A stretch of DNA of 64,000 nucleotides from Schmidtea polychroa (taxonomy: Eukaryota), in NCBI GenBank assembly GCA_044892525.1, contig CM097888.1, positions 17,422,001 to 17,486,000 on the forward strand, written 5' to 3'. How positions within the stretch are numbered: position 1 is the stretch's first letter; each line of letters starts with the position of its first letter. Shown in pieces: positions 50,474 through 63,037 of this stretch. The notes beneath the pieces were generated by a model. That model saw only the letters and a list, made by a program, of their open reading frames with translations. It ran no database searches and was not told the DNA's origin. The position numbers and the translations under genes are program-made.

Positions 50474-51280
50474 CAGGAATACCTCGCATAGTACGGTTTC
50501 GATCAGTACGGTTTCTCTATAGTACGGGTTTGAAATTTTCAAAATATGATTGTTTTTAAAATGATTAAATAAAATTTTCGAAATTCAAAAAAGTTTTTTT
50601 AAATTAATTTTTTAGAATTTATTCGTTATTATAAAATCATACGGCACGTGTTTAATAATTTGTTTTGTTACGTTTAATTTCTGGTTTGTAGTTTTAATAA
50701 AAAATTGAATAAATAAAAATTGAGTAAAAAAATTCACTACGATCGCGCGATAATAGATCAAAGTTGTTGGTTTTATATTTTTAATCGTATGTTGACTTTA
50801 TATATTTAGATTTTAATATATTTAGACATCGTTATTGAAATTTTTAAACAATAAAAAATGAATCTAAACATTAGAATTTAAGTAAATTGCTTTTGTTGAT
50901 CTTTTTTAAATTAAATTGTTGTGTTTATTTAATTTTATTTACTTGTTTTTCATCGGCTATTTTTAATATTTTTAAAATGAAATAAATTCTTTTATTTTTG
51001 ATTTAGTTGCAATTGGTATTGCCGGCTTATAATTGTCAATAAATATATATTTAAATGTACAACTGTGTTAAATATGCTTGTTTTGCTCTTGAATATCAGA
51101 AAAATAAAAATACATAACAAAATATTTTTTGTTTACTAGATTATAATCACGATTTTTAAATTTCTTAATAGGGGTACTAAGCCGTAAATTTATTAGCGCC
51201 AGAATGTCTCGAATAGTCCGGTTTCAAATAGTACGACTAAATTCCAGAATCGATTAACCGTACTGTTCGAGGTATTCCTG
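50474..51280. mobile_element. pogo/Tigger-like (Tc1/mariner superfamily) MITE, 807 bp
   Basis: 25-bp TIR caggaatacctcg..agtacggtt (23/25) flanked by TA on both sides; repeated agtacgg subterminal motifs. Confidence 0.88.
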
Positions 51281-52319
51281 TAAATATAATCATTTTTATT
51301 GAATTTGCTTAGTGATTACAGTTAATTGCAAGAAAATTATTGAAAATATATTTACATTTTCTTTTATTTATGTGAAAACATTACCACTTTTATTTAATAG
51401 TTTACTAAAAAATTACTTTTAAACGAAATGTATTAATTTTAAATATTCAAAAATTAAGATATTAAAAGTTGAATTTAAGAACATATTTACTTTGATATTT
51501 TTTGAATTTTATCAGACAATATTGTTCAAAAAAATGAGTTTAAGAATATTTTTAATTATTTCCAAATTGCTATTATAACATTAAAATCAAAACAAAATTT
51601 CTTTTTAGCAGTCATTAATAATTTTTAAAATAAATTAATTAATTGAATTTCCTTTATTTATTTTGCGTTTTGAGCACGAAGCTTGTTAGTGAAAATTGGA
51701 AAAATAAACAAAAATCAGTGATTACACTAAAAGCCTTAAAATGTAAAGATTTCTTTAAAAATAATTATTAATTGAAGAGGAATAATTAATATTGTTACTC
51801 TCTATTTATCAAAGCCAAACAATGTCGTTATTCTAGTTTACTTGTAATAATAAATCTTAGTCGTTAGACAGTTTTTATATTAACATATGCTAAATTCTCG
51901 TCAATTTATTGCATCAGAAACGACAAATTATCAAAGAAATTTTTACGAAAAGAGTCTTATTAAATATTTTTGTGAAAATAATAATTTGGTTATATAATGG
52001 TGAATTTTGCCAGATTGGATTGACATATAAATTGAATTATTTAAACAATTTATATTTTATTATTTGAATTTTTAATATCATTTTCAAAGAAAACTATTAT
52101 TTGAAATGCATGATTTTTTTACAGAACTTTTTTTAATTCACTTACAATTTAAAAAAAAATTAATTTAATAAAATTAGATAATAAATATTTCATGAATTTA
52201 ATTTTTATTAAAATTTTAATTGATTTATTATTTGTGATTAAACTAATACTATTTAAACATATTTAAATATTTAATATTAGTATTTATAAAATAAAAGAAA
52301 TAAAATATAGATTATATAA

Positions 52320-52926
52320 CAACGGTGGGCAAATGCGGCTCTTAGAGCCGCATGCGGCTCTTCGTTGAGTAAACTGCGGCTCATTGATAATTGAATTCTT
52401 GATAATCGAATTCGATTTTTTATTTTGAAATTTTTCACTAAATGTTTTGAGAAAAAATTTTTTGTTGCAATTGTATTTTCATAAATGTCAAAAATTAACG
52501 AAACATTGTTTTTCACATTTTACTGCTTTTTAAAATTATTTTGTAGTAGGCGGCGCTTTGTTATAACAACGAGAGAGAAGCATCAAAAATAAATTTAGTG
52601 AATTTTGATTGGTTATTATTTTGTTTGTACAAGATTGCGGTCGTTTGTATATTTTAGCTTTAACAGCTTTAACAAAGTATACACCAAATTTCAAAGATTT
52701 GACCAAAAGTCTTCGTTAATTCAAGAAATTTTATTACTTTTTATTAATGGATTTTTATGTTTGTTACTTAATGTTTGAAATAATTATTTTGTTTTTTTTA
52801 ATAGCGTTTAAGTCTCTTTAATCAAATTAATGAAATAAAAAAAAATATGTACTTTACTATGGTGGCTCTGTAAAAAATAAATTTTCGGAAAATGGCTCTT
52901 ATTGAACCCATGCGTGCCCACCCTTG
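52320..52926. mobile_element. hAT (Charlie-like) MITE, 607 bp
   Basis: TIR caacggtgggca / tgcccacccttg; TSD ttatataa on both sides; gcggctc subterminal repeats. Confidence 0.88.
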
Positions 52927-53218
52927 TTATATAACATCACAAAGACCCACATAATCTGTGGTTAGCCATAAAAACAAAATATGCGGCTGTGTGGTTTTGA
53001 GGCATGGGGAGGAAATGAATTTTATTTTGTGTTGATAACAGGTCAAAATCGTTGGTGAACCGTAAATTGGAGGTAAAGAGTGTAATTTCTAGGCTGCCGC
53101 CAATTATGGCGGCTATTAAGTAGGGAAATTCCCAATGACCTCAAAGGGGGGACTGGTAAAGGAAGTATGAGGCTCCTAGATGCTATTTTTCAACAATAAT
53201 AAATTAATAATTTTTCCT

Positions 53219-53402
53219 NNNNNNNNNNNNNNNNNNNNNNNNNNNNNNNNNNNNNNNNNNNNNNNNNNNNNNNNNNNNNNNNNNNNNNNNNNNNNNNNNN
53301 NNNNNNNNNNNNNNNNNNNNNNNNNNNNNNNNNNNNNNNNNNNNNNNNNNNNNNNNNNNNNNNNNNNNNNNNNNNNNNNNNNNNNNNNNNNNNNNNNNNN
53401 NN
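53219..53402. other. Assembly gap (N run)
   Basis: Run of n. Confidence 0.99.
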
Positions 53403-53439
53403 GTCTCCCCAAAAATAAACAAAACAATAATCAAATTGC

Positions 53440-55990
53440 CTCTTGTTGGACGAGGGCCCCATGTTTGAAAACACGGGTATAAACATTGAAATCACGAAAT
53501 TGTCGATTACATTATTTAATTTTCTTTGAAATATTTATTTTGGTTTCGCACGTAAAATTTTAAGCTTTTTGACAAAAGTTAAATACGAAGACCATTTCAA
53601 CGAACACTATAATGTTTTAACAATTAAATCCGTATTGAAAATAAATTTATCAAGTTAACTCTTTACGCGTTTTTTGTTGTATTACTGGATTTTATTATAG
53701 AAAACATTGAAAACAAAATTTTTATCGTTCTTATTGTCCTATTGCCTATACATTAACGAATTTCTGTAAAAATAACATCGAACGATTGGCTGAATTTTCT
53801 AAGTTAGTATAAAGTAACTACATCAGGTCAATAGTAGATGGATATGTCACCACTGACTCAGTACCCCCCCCCGGGAAAATTTATGAAAACATAGAAACAA
53901 AGACCATGACTCATCCGATGACTCATTCAAAGTCCTTTTCAACGTTATATGACTCATTTAATGTCATTCTCAACACCATATGACTCATACGATTCAAGGT
54001 CATTGAGAAAAAACATGACTCATCCGATGACTCATCAATAAATTATTATTATTTTTCAAAATATTATTAAGTGAGGCAGCGGTGACATACTTTTTTCATC
54101 CATTTTCAAGGTAATATTATTTTTTCAAGGCCATATTTTTAAAATTTAAATTTTCAGAGTTCCCGCCAATGGATTTTATTATTTGATTGATCATTCGAAA
54201 GGTATTTGAGAGGTGAGTATGATGGTCAGACCATCGAAGGTTTATGGTGGGTCAATAACCTTAAAAGGGTTAAAAACCATCGAATTTTTCAAAACCTTAT
54301 AATATGTATATCCAACAAAATGTATACTCTGAGTTAATCCGACAAGATATTTTGCCCCTATGGGTATTGCTCACAAGGGTACTGGTCGACAACACTAGTA
54401 TCGATACTTCTGATGTTGCAATTTTTGAACTTTTCAGAATACAGGGACACTGATATCTGCAACTGAAATGAAGAAACAGAAGAGTTGGTTGATTTGATAA
54501 ATGTAAATGATGATTTTAGTGATCCAGAAACTTGGCCAGAACATTTGAAAGCAGACACTCGTTCTACAATTGTTTGCAATGGGCCAAAAAAATTGAAGAA
54601 AAAGATTTTCCAGCTTATAGCAATAGACGGAAACTTTCTACAACCTACTGCAAATGACATATGGTAAATGGAGAAATTGTCAACCGAAAATGGCTTATAT
54701 ATTCAGCAGCTAAGAACAAAATGTTTTTATCTGTTGTAAACCTTTTGCAACACATTGTCCGCTCTGGGATCCAATGGTATTTGTGACGGGAAAAATGCCA
54801 GTGTGAGACTCTCTGATCATGAGAAATCAAAGGGACATATAACATCTACTTTGGAATGGTTCGAACTGGAAAATATGCTAACAAAACGATGCACAATTGA
54901 CAAGCAGAGCCAAAAATTAATAAACAGTGAAAAGGCTCGTTGGAATAGTGTATTTCAACGTTTAATGGCCATTATCCAGTTTCTTTCTGAGCACAACATG
55001 GCTTTTCGTATTTCAATCGATAAACTACATAAGGCACACGATGGAAACTTTTTGGGTCTTGTTGAATTGGAAAAATGCGAAAGTGCGAAAAAGAAAGAAG
55101 CAATTTGTAGTAGGAATATGAAGTAGAGGATGAAGGATTTGTAAATCCACGAGAAAAGTTTCGCACTGATTTTTTAACCAGATTGTTGATGTTGCAGTCA
55201 TGTCGATGGACAGTCGATTTGAACAACTACGAATGCATCAAAACTAGTTTGGATTTCTTTATAAATTTCATCAATTACAAAAAATTGATCTACTGAATTG
55301 CAGTATGAATCTGGAAAAAAAGCTCACAGATCTTGATGGTTTCATACTTGCTAAAGAGTTGCAATCATTGAGTTCCATAATTCCTGCAGCCACCTACAAC
55401 GATCCTGTTAATATTTTGCAGTTTCTGTTAGTAAACATGCGTTATAGTGACTTTCCTAGCACACTTCGAATACTTCTAACTAGTCCTGTCACTGTTGGTT
55501 CCGGAGAAAGAAGCTTTTCGAAACTTAAACTTATTAAAACCTATATGCGATCAACAATGATTCAAGATCGGCTCAGTAACTTAGCTATTTTTTCAATTGA
55601 GAATGATGTTGCTAAGGATCTTGACAATAATGAACTTATTACAGATTTTGCAGCCGCCCAAGCTCTAAAGACTTGCTTCTAAGTAGAAGATACAACCAAA
55701 CCAACGCTATAGTGTATATAGTTTATAATGTAGCTTATATATGAACTGTCAATTTGCATGCCAAAACAAAACATTTTAATTACTAATTTTTTTGAGTTTT
55801 ATGATCTTCAGTTAAATGAATAAAACTGTAATTATTGATGTGTCAACGCTGTTATAGAATAAAAATTTAAGTAATTTAATTTTTTATTTCCCATTATTTT
55901 AATATATGTAGAAATGCAATTTTTTCCATGAGTCTCGGTCCTCGACTGCTGCCTTGAGAATGGGCCCCGCATGCTCTAGGGCCGGCCCTG
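53440..55990 (+). mobile_element. Internally deleted ZMYM/Tip100-type hAT element; left TIR probably in the gap
   Basis: Transposase remnants 54485-55682 (DFSDPETW, NGEIVNRKWLIYS, HEKSKGH, GNFLGLVEL, then deletion to RTDFFNQIVD and GSGERSFSKLKLIK); right end ctagggccggccctg at 55990. Confidence 0.85.
53854..54034. promoter_or_regulatory. Cluster of seven TGACTCA (AP-1-type) sites
   Basis: TGACTCA at 53854, 53907, 53919, 53950, 53981, 54016 and 54028; function is inference only. Confidence 0.45.
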
Positions 55991-56028
55991 GATATCAAAT
56001 CTGTTGATCTTAAAAATCAAATATTATT

Positions 56029-56468
56029 ATGCGACCTGCAGACAGACCCATTTTTTACATCTCATGGAGTAACTGGAATAGAATATTCAAATTTTTAGAT
56101 AAAGAGAAATATCCAAAATTGAGAGATTTTGGACTTCAAATTGTATTAATGTTCGGAAGTACATATATCTGCGAGCGTGCATACTCCGATTTGAAATATA
56201 TAAAGTCAAAATATAGAAACAGTTTGAAAGATTCCATTCTTGAAGATATAATTAGACTTGCCACAACAAATATTGATGTGGACATAAAATATATTGTTGC
56301 TACAATGTTTTCTCTAATAAATTACGAACATTTTAAAGTTTTCTTTTTAGTATAAATAAAATATATTTTTAATTAACATAAACTGACTTTTCATTTATCA
56401 ACCTCCTTGGCCCCCGAAATATTTGGTGAAAATATGGGCCGCAGGCTATGATAAATTGGACAGCGTTG
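56029..56468 (+). mobile_element. 3' fragment of a SPIN/GTF2IRD2-type hAT element
   Basis: YPKLRDFGLQIVLMFGSTYICERAYSDLKYIKSKYRNSL; right end ttggacagcgttg. Confidence 0.78.
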
Positions 56469-56795
56469 CTTTACAGTTTTGATTTTCATTTTTTAAAACT
56501 AATTTGAATAGAATTAATATTTTGCATTGGAAAATATGTTGCAGCAGAAATACATTTACATTGGATTTGTAATGCTAAAAGGGAATATTGAGAAAAAGTA
56601 AATTAGTTAGACATTATTTCGGTTAACCAATTAATTTGCAACTCAACAGTAAACACTATAATTAATTAATAGATGTTATGAATTATTATTTTGTATTTTA
56701 GTTTAATTAACATCACTAATGATAATTATTAACATTGATATAATAATTTCTTTAATTATTCCTTTACTTTCATTGTAATCATTTAATTTTAAAAT

Positions 56796-57030
56796 CAGTG
56801 GCGTAACAAGTGGACACAGGACCCTGCGTTGCGGGGGCCCACCAGCTATAGGGGCCCAAAATTATTACTAAAAAAATATTTACAATCATTTTCTGAAACT
56901 TTTTTCCCGCAGTTATATTTGCCTACAAACATAAAACTATCATTGAATAGCGGCTGCTGTTTTAACCGAAAAATTCAAGTGGAAATATTTTACATTGTGC
57001 GGGGGCCCAAATTTTGAAGTTACGCCACTG
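56796..57030. mobile_element. hAT (Tip100-like) MITE, 235 bp
   Basis: 12-bp TIR cagtggcgtaac; TSD tttaaaat / tttaaaac; gggccc subterminal motifs. Confidence 0.88.
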
Positions 57031-57219
57031 TTTAAAACAAAAAAATTAAAAATTAAATTTTAAAAATCAAAATGAAGATTGATTTATATTTTCTTAACTA
57101 ATGTTTGGTTGCAGCAAACCAGTACTGAAGAAATCATATGGAAAGAATACCGCAAAAGTATGTCATTCACAAAAAAATATTATACAGAAAATGTTAAGTT
57201 GGTGGTATATGACATAGAG

Positions 57220-58330
57220 CAGGGGTGTCCAACAAGTGGCCCGCAACGTTATCCCAAAAATATTTGTCACTCCATGTTTTTCGTTAATTTTTAATCATTA
57301 CAAACGGCGATATAAGACACTGATGTATTTCACGCGCGCGTGAAGCGTGAAGGTGTCCGAATGGCTATTTTCGCGTGGTAAAAAAAATCGATTTATTTTG
57401 CTAGCCTTCATGTGAACATTTTGGTGGGAAGGGGTAATATATTTTTGCTGCAACGGCGACATTACGATCACATTTATAACGCTTCCGCAAACGGAATTAA
57501 TTGTTTCCACTGTGGATAGAAAAAATAGCCATTTCTCAGCTGCTGCTGCACGAACTGGAATCGGTCAGGTAGTTTTTTCAAAGAAACCCGTATTGCTCAA
57601 CTTACTTACTAATACTAAGATATTGCTGTTATAAAATTAATCAATTTTAAACTGATATGTATTTTTATTTCACAGAGAAAAATAGCAGCGAATATGAATA
57701 CTAGCAAAAAACGAAAAATTGACGCCGAAGGAAGACTTCAAAGCATCTTGGACTGTAGACTATTTTGTAATGGGACGCTTCGTAGGATAATGTGCCTAAT
57801 ATGCCAAGAGACAACTGCCGTTGCAAAGGAGTACAATGTTAAGCGAAATTTTTCAACAAAGCATGACGACAGGTACAACAACCTGACTGGTCAACTTCGA
57901 ATTACTCGCGTGAACACGTTGAAACAGAGCGTCTTCGGACAGCAGTCATTGTTTACAGCAGTCAGCAACAAGGCTGAGGCATCAACAAAAATAAGTTTTT
58001 TTATTAGCTGAAGCTATAGCTAAGCTTTTCCGATAGTGAATTGGTTAAGGAATGCCTCAGGCTGTAAAAGTAAGAGATTGGCCATAATATCTATCGAATT
58101 ATTTTCCAGGACACATGATTAAATTTTTATTATTTATTATTTTTAATTATAATTATGTTAAAAAATAATACTATTGTATATCGGTTTATTTATTAAGTAT
58201 AATAGCAATATTCATACTAAATTACGATCATATTTTCTGATGCGGTCAACTACCCATATTTACATGTGGCCCCCGGATCTTTTAAATTTTTGAAATATGG
58301 CCCCCAACGCAAAAAGGTTGGACACCCTTG
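57220..58330 (+). mobile_element. SPIN/GTF2IRD2-type hAT deletion derivative retaining only the N-terminal zinc finger
   Basis: TIR caggggtgtccaac / gttggacacccttg; TSD acatagag on both sides; SKKRKIDAEGRL..MCLICQ..KEYNVKR..TKH. Confidence 0.92.
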
Positions 58331-58921
58331 ACATAGAGGGTTCACTACATTCTACTACTAGTAAAATCTTATAAAAATTCAAATGAATTAAAAGTATTCA
58401 AATTTAACAAATAATTTTAAGAAGATTAAAATAATCTTTTTTTATTTCTTTGTTGATTTTCTTTGAATAAAAAGTGAAAAATACTAAATTTGCTTTAATT
58501 TCAATTAATGAAAATACGAAAAATAAATTATTTTGAGAGATTTCTTTTAGTTAAATTAGTACTTAATAATTTAAAAATTTAGGAAAATTACAACTGAAAT
58601 TTACGATTTAAAATTTGGTATTAAAGAAATTTAAAATTAATTAAAATTTCAAGTCAGCAGGGAACTTTTTATCTTTTGGAAACTTTTCATTTTAATGATT
58701 TACTGGGATAATTAAATTTTTCACTTAAGTTTTGTTTTAAAATAACTTTAAATAAAATCATTAAATAATAATTATAATACATAAATTAACTTGAAAATAT
58801 TATTGAAAAAATTCATATAATATTTCAATGATTAATATTTCAAATTATAACGGCTTAAAAAATTTTTATTATTAATAAAAATATTAATTTCTTTAAAAAG
58901 TAAAAAATTCATCACCTATTC

Positions 58922-60670
58922 CAATGTTTCTCAACCTTTTTGGAATAAATGCCCACTTTCTAAGGCCCACTTCTTGATTAGCCCCCCTATTAATTTTAAC
59001 AGATAAAATTGCATGATAATTTCTAATATAATGTAGGTTTGGTTTAGATTAGAACATTTATTACTTAGAATTTTAATTTAACCTACAAAAAGTAAGATAC
59101 ATAAAGATAAATAATTATTTGTTTTAATTTTAACCAAACATAAATAATAAGCTAAATGAAATTTTAAGATTTAATGCAAACCTTGAGGTGGGTGAACTTT
59201 GCAAAGTTTAATAATATTTGGTTCTAATTTCGAGAGATATAATCTTAAGTCACCTAATCCGCAAATATTTAGGCAATTTCTTTGCTTATTTAGCATTTGA
59301 GAAACAGCACTGAAACCCTTTTCAACTAGATATGAAGTTGGAAATGCCACAATTAAAACTCTTATTTCCATTCACAGTCTTCTTTTTTTATTTTACTTAA
59401 ACAGGGAAATGAAGTAAAATTTTTTCTAGCAATGTTATTTTTAGAAAGGCTTAATTTGTTCATAAATCCAATCATCAAACTTTTCACTTTCATTATGCTT
59501 ACATTGTTTCCTTGTAGTTTCAAAAGTAATTCATTTAATTTTGCATATATATTTGCCAAATGAGCTATGTCACTTTTTAAAGCGGATATCTCCATTGGGA
59601 TATTATAATTTGTTGATCCTAAATAAGCAATGACTGTATCAAATAGCTCAAACATTCTTCTGAGGCAACCTCCTTTAGATAGCCACCTGACGTCCGTGTG
59701 CAATAATACGCGCTCATATTCTTCATCATTTTCATGGTAAAGTTGCCGAAATAAACTGTCATTAAGTGGGAGTGCTTTTATTTTGTTAATTATTGATATT
59801 ACTAAATTCATTGTTTCATGTAATCTCCCGCCAATGAATTTGGCAACCAAGTTTTGCATATGAATTATAAAATGAATTGTAAACATATCTGGATTTTCTC
59901 TCTTTAACATCATTATAAAACCACGATGACGTCCTACCATCGAAGGGGCACCATCCGTTGCACAGGCTAATATATTTTTTAAAGGAATTTGTTTTTGATC
60001 AAAATATGTTTTAAAACATTCACATATTGATGTGTCTTTCGCATCAGTGACTAAATGTCTGCTGAATAACATTTCTTCCATGATTTTTGCATTCTTTATG
60101 TACCTAACATAAGCCATTAATATTGCATCACTATCCCGTATCCAACTGTATAGTGAACTCTCGTGTTTGGAGATCCGCAGTAACTTGATTTTCAACATCA
60201 TTTGCAATTTCATTAATCCTTCTTGATATGGTATCATTACTTAACGGAATCATTGACAAAATATTGGCTGGATCTGTTGAAGTCATGGTAAGAACTTCCT
60301 TTATAACCGGTAATAATAATTTCTCTCCAATATTATGAAGTTTCGCATTTTTAGCTGTTATACGTGAAATCTTATATGACACCTCCAATCCCTTATTTAT
60401 ATTTGTGGTTGTTGTTTTGAATACATCGATTATTTTATTTCTTTTGGTAAACATCATTTTTAAATTTTCGAAATATTCAATGTCATTTTCCTGCTTGTCG
60501 GGATGTTTTCTTTATAAATGTTCAATCATCCGGGATGGTTTCATTGCTTCATTAGAAAATACCTGATTGCACAGTAAACACATTAAAAATTGGCTATTTT
60601 GTGGCGAAGAAATAAAACCAAACTTTACATACTCAACAGAATAGTGCCTGCATTTCTTTTTCTGGAACAT
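58922..60670 (-). mobile_element. Buster-type hAT transposase pseudogene with 3' TIR; 5' TIR not recognised
   Basis: KCRHYSVEYVKFGF..MCLLCNQVFSNEAMKPSR, FTIQLD, ACATDGAPSMVG, VRWLSKG, FPTSYLVEKGFS; frameshifts and stops; TIR caatgtttctcaacc at 58922. Confidence 0.88.
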
Positions 60671-62727
60671 TTTTAGAGGTTGATCTAAAATTCAAATTAA
60701 ATTTTTTTTTAAAAATTGACCTAACTCCAAACGTGCATTAATAATAACTATGTAACACAAAGCTTTGGTCACTTTCTTTATCAATATCGATAAAATCTTT
60801 ATATAAACAATGCCTAAAATTTGCGCATCATAGGAAAATAATTTTTTTATCTATTGTCGAAATGAAATAAAAAATACAAAATTTTACTAATAAATATGTA
60901 CAAATACTGATAAATATCTTTAAACAAACGTGGCTACTCGCATCCTTCAAAGTTCTTTCCAAAAGCCTGGTAAAAAAAGTTGGTTTAGAATTGATAATTT
61001 CATTATAAATAAAATAATTTAAAATACTTATTGATTTTTCGCTTTTTATTTTCAATTTTTTGAAAACATTAATTTTGGTTTTCTTCAGAAAAACAGTAGA
61101 AGTTGCTTTTATTTGATGTTTTATTGAAAAATATTTGATTCCAACTAAGCTATAATTTAGCTTTCTAATAAATTTCCACTACTAAGAAGTCCGTAACATT
61201 ATTCTTTTGAGAATTCATAGAAATTTATTCTGTAAAATAGTTTATGTTTTCTTTTAACAAAACAATGGAATAAAATTTGAATAAAAAATAATGTATATTA
61301 TTAGTTTAAAAATTATGTAACATTAAAACAAACAAGTTTATCAGATTAAAGAGAAATTTGACATTGAATTTGGCAGTTTTCTATTCTTAGTTTTTCCGGA
61401 TTACTTACTCACAGAAGATAAAGAAAGTAGAAATATATAACCTAATACTTACAAATTTTTTAAAAATTCTTTTTATTATTATTTTTACACAACAAATTTA
61501 AACTAATTTCCAAAGACATCTTTAATATTTTGATAATTAATGAACAAGGATTTACAAACATTTGCCACATAAAATACCATGTTATCAAAATGAAACTTAG
61601 AAAACTGATTTTAAAAATTTATTTTATTATTTTTTATTCTATCATTCATGTTTAATTATTATCATTAAATATTTTATCATTTTTTCCACTTATCTATTAG
61701 TACCTGATCCGATTCCTGATCCGAAATAAATATAAATGTTTATTTACTTTCTGAAAAAGTTTTTATTGCTTAAAGAAATTGAAAACATGAATTTGGTAAA
61801 ACTGTTCAAAATAATAATTTAAAACAAAATAATTTAATTAAATTTTAATTCCTGATTTCTTAAAAAGCTGTATATTTTTTTCCCTGTACATCATGCTCAT
61901 TTACAAAAGAAATTACAATTTTATAAAATATAAAAACTTATTTCACAACTAGTGTATTCTGAAGCAAATAAATAAAGAAGAAAAACTCTAGTTTCTTTGT
62001 TGCTTTTCTGAGAAAGTGAAATTCCTTTCGTTTCGGATGATCAATTCTTAAATATATTTTATGTAAATTTCTTTATTTCATTTTATAATTTTTTATTATT
62101 CTTAACATAAGATTGCTTTATGTTTATCTTCTAAAATTTTCGTTTTTTTAGAAATAGTATGACTTGGTGTTTAAATCAATCAATTTAATTAATCTAGTGA
62201 GTAACAAAATGAATTTAAAAAGTTTGGTAAATTCTTTTCTAATTTAAATTTGCTTTTAATAATGAATTATACTGGAATTCAAATTAAAGCAGATCATTGC
62301 ATGATAGTGGGAAATAAAGAGCGAAATTCGAAAGTAAATTTATTAATTTACAATCCAATAGATCAAACAACTCAATAAAACGATTAGAACTTGAAAGATT
62401 TTACAAAATTAGAACACATGAATAGACATAGATTTTGAGGTTTAATGTCAAACGAGATAAATTAATTATTGATTATGAAAAAATGTCAGCTAATAAAGAG
62501 GAAATCCATACCAAAAGAAAAACGAAATAAGTTTATAAATGCGATTAGCTTTAATTATGAGAAACTATATTTTCAAAGTATTTTTGCTAAAGGAGAAAAA
62601 TGTTTGAAAAAAATCCTTGAGAATCCTTGGCATCTTATAATTTGAATCCTGTAAATGATTCTCACATCACCTTGAAGAAAAAACTGTCAATTCGATTTTT
62701 GTTTTTCAAAAATATAATACTAATTTT

Positions 62728-63037
62728 GGTACTTCCGTGTTATCTTACCCCCAAAAATTAAATCATAGTTACAAACTCAGCAAATGTTTATAAAGAGTTT
62801 GTAAATGGTCATCCAGGTGGCCAGAAAACCACAATGTCGTTGAGAATAGTGTCGGTTACTTAGAACACGTTTGCGCCAATTAATCACATAATGACATAAA
62901 TCACAGATAGCCTTAATAAATTCATGTTCAATAATGTTCAATAACGTCATCAATAATGTATTCTCTCATTTTTTATATTGTTATTTTAATTGTATTTTAT
63001 AATTTAATTTTTGGGGGTAAGATAACACGGAAGTACC
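62728..63037. mobile_element. MITE with GG termini and 8-bp TSD (Merlin-like), 310 bp
   Basis: Perfect 36-bp TIR ggtacttccgtgttatcttacccccaaaaattaaat; TSD ctaatttt on both sides. Confidence 0.85.
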
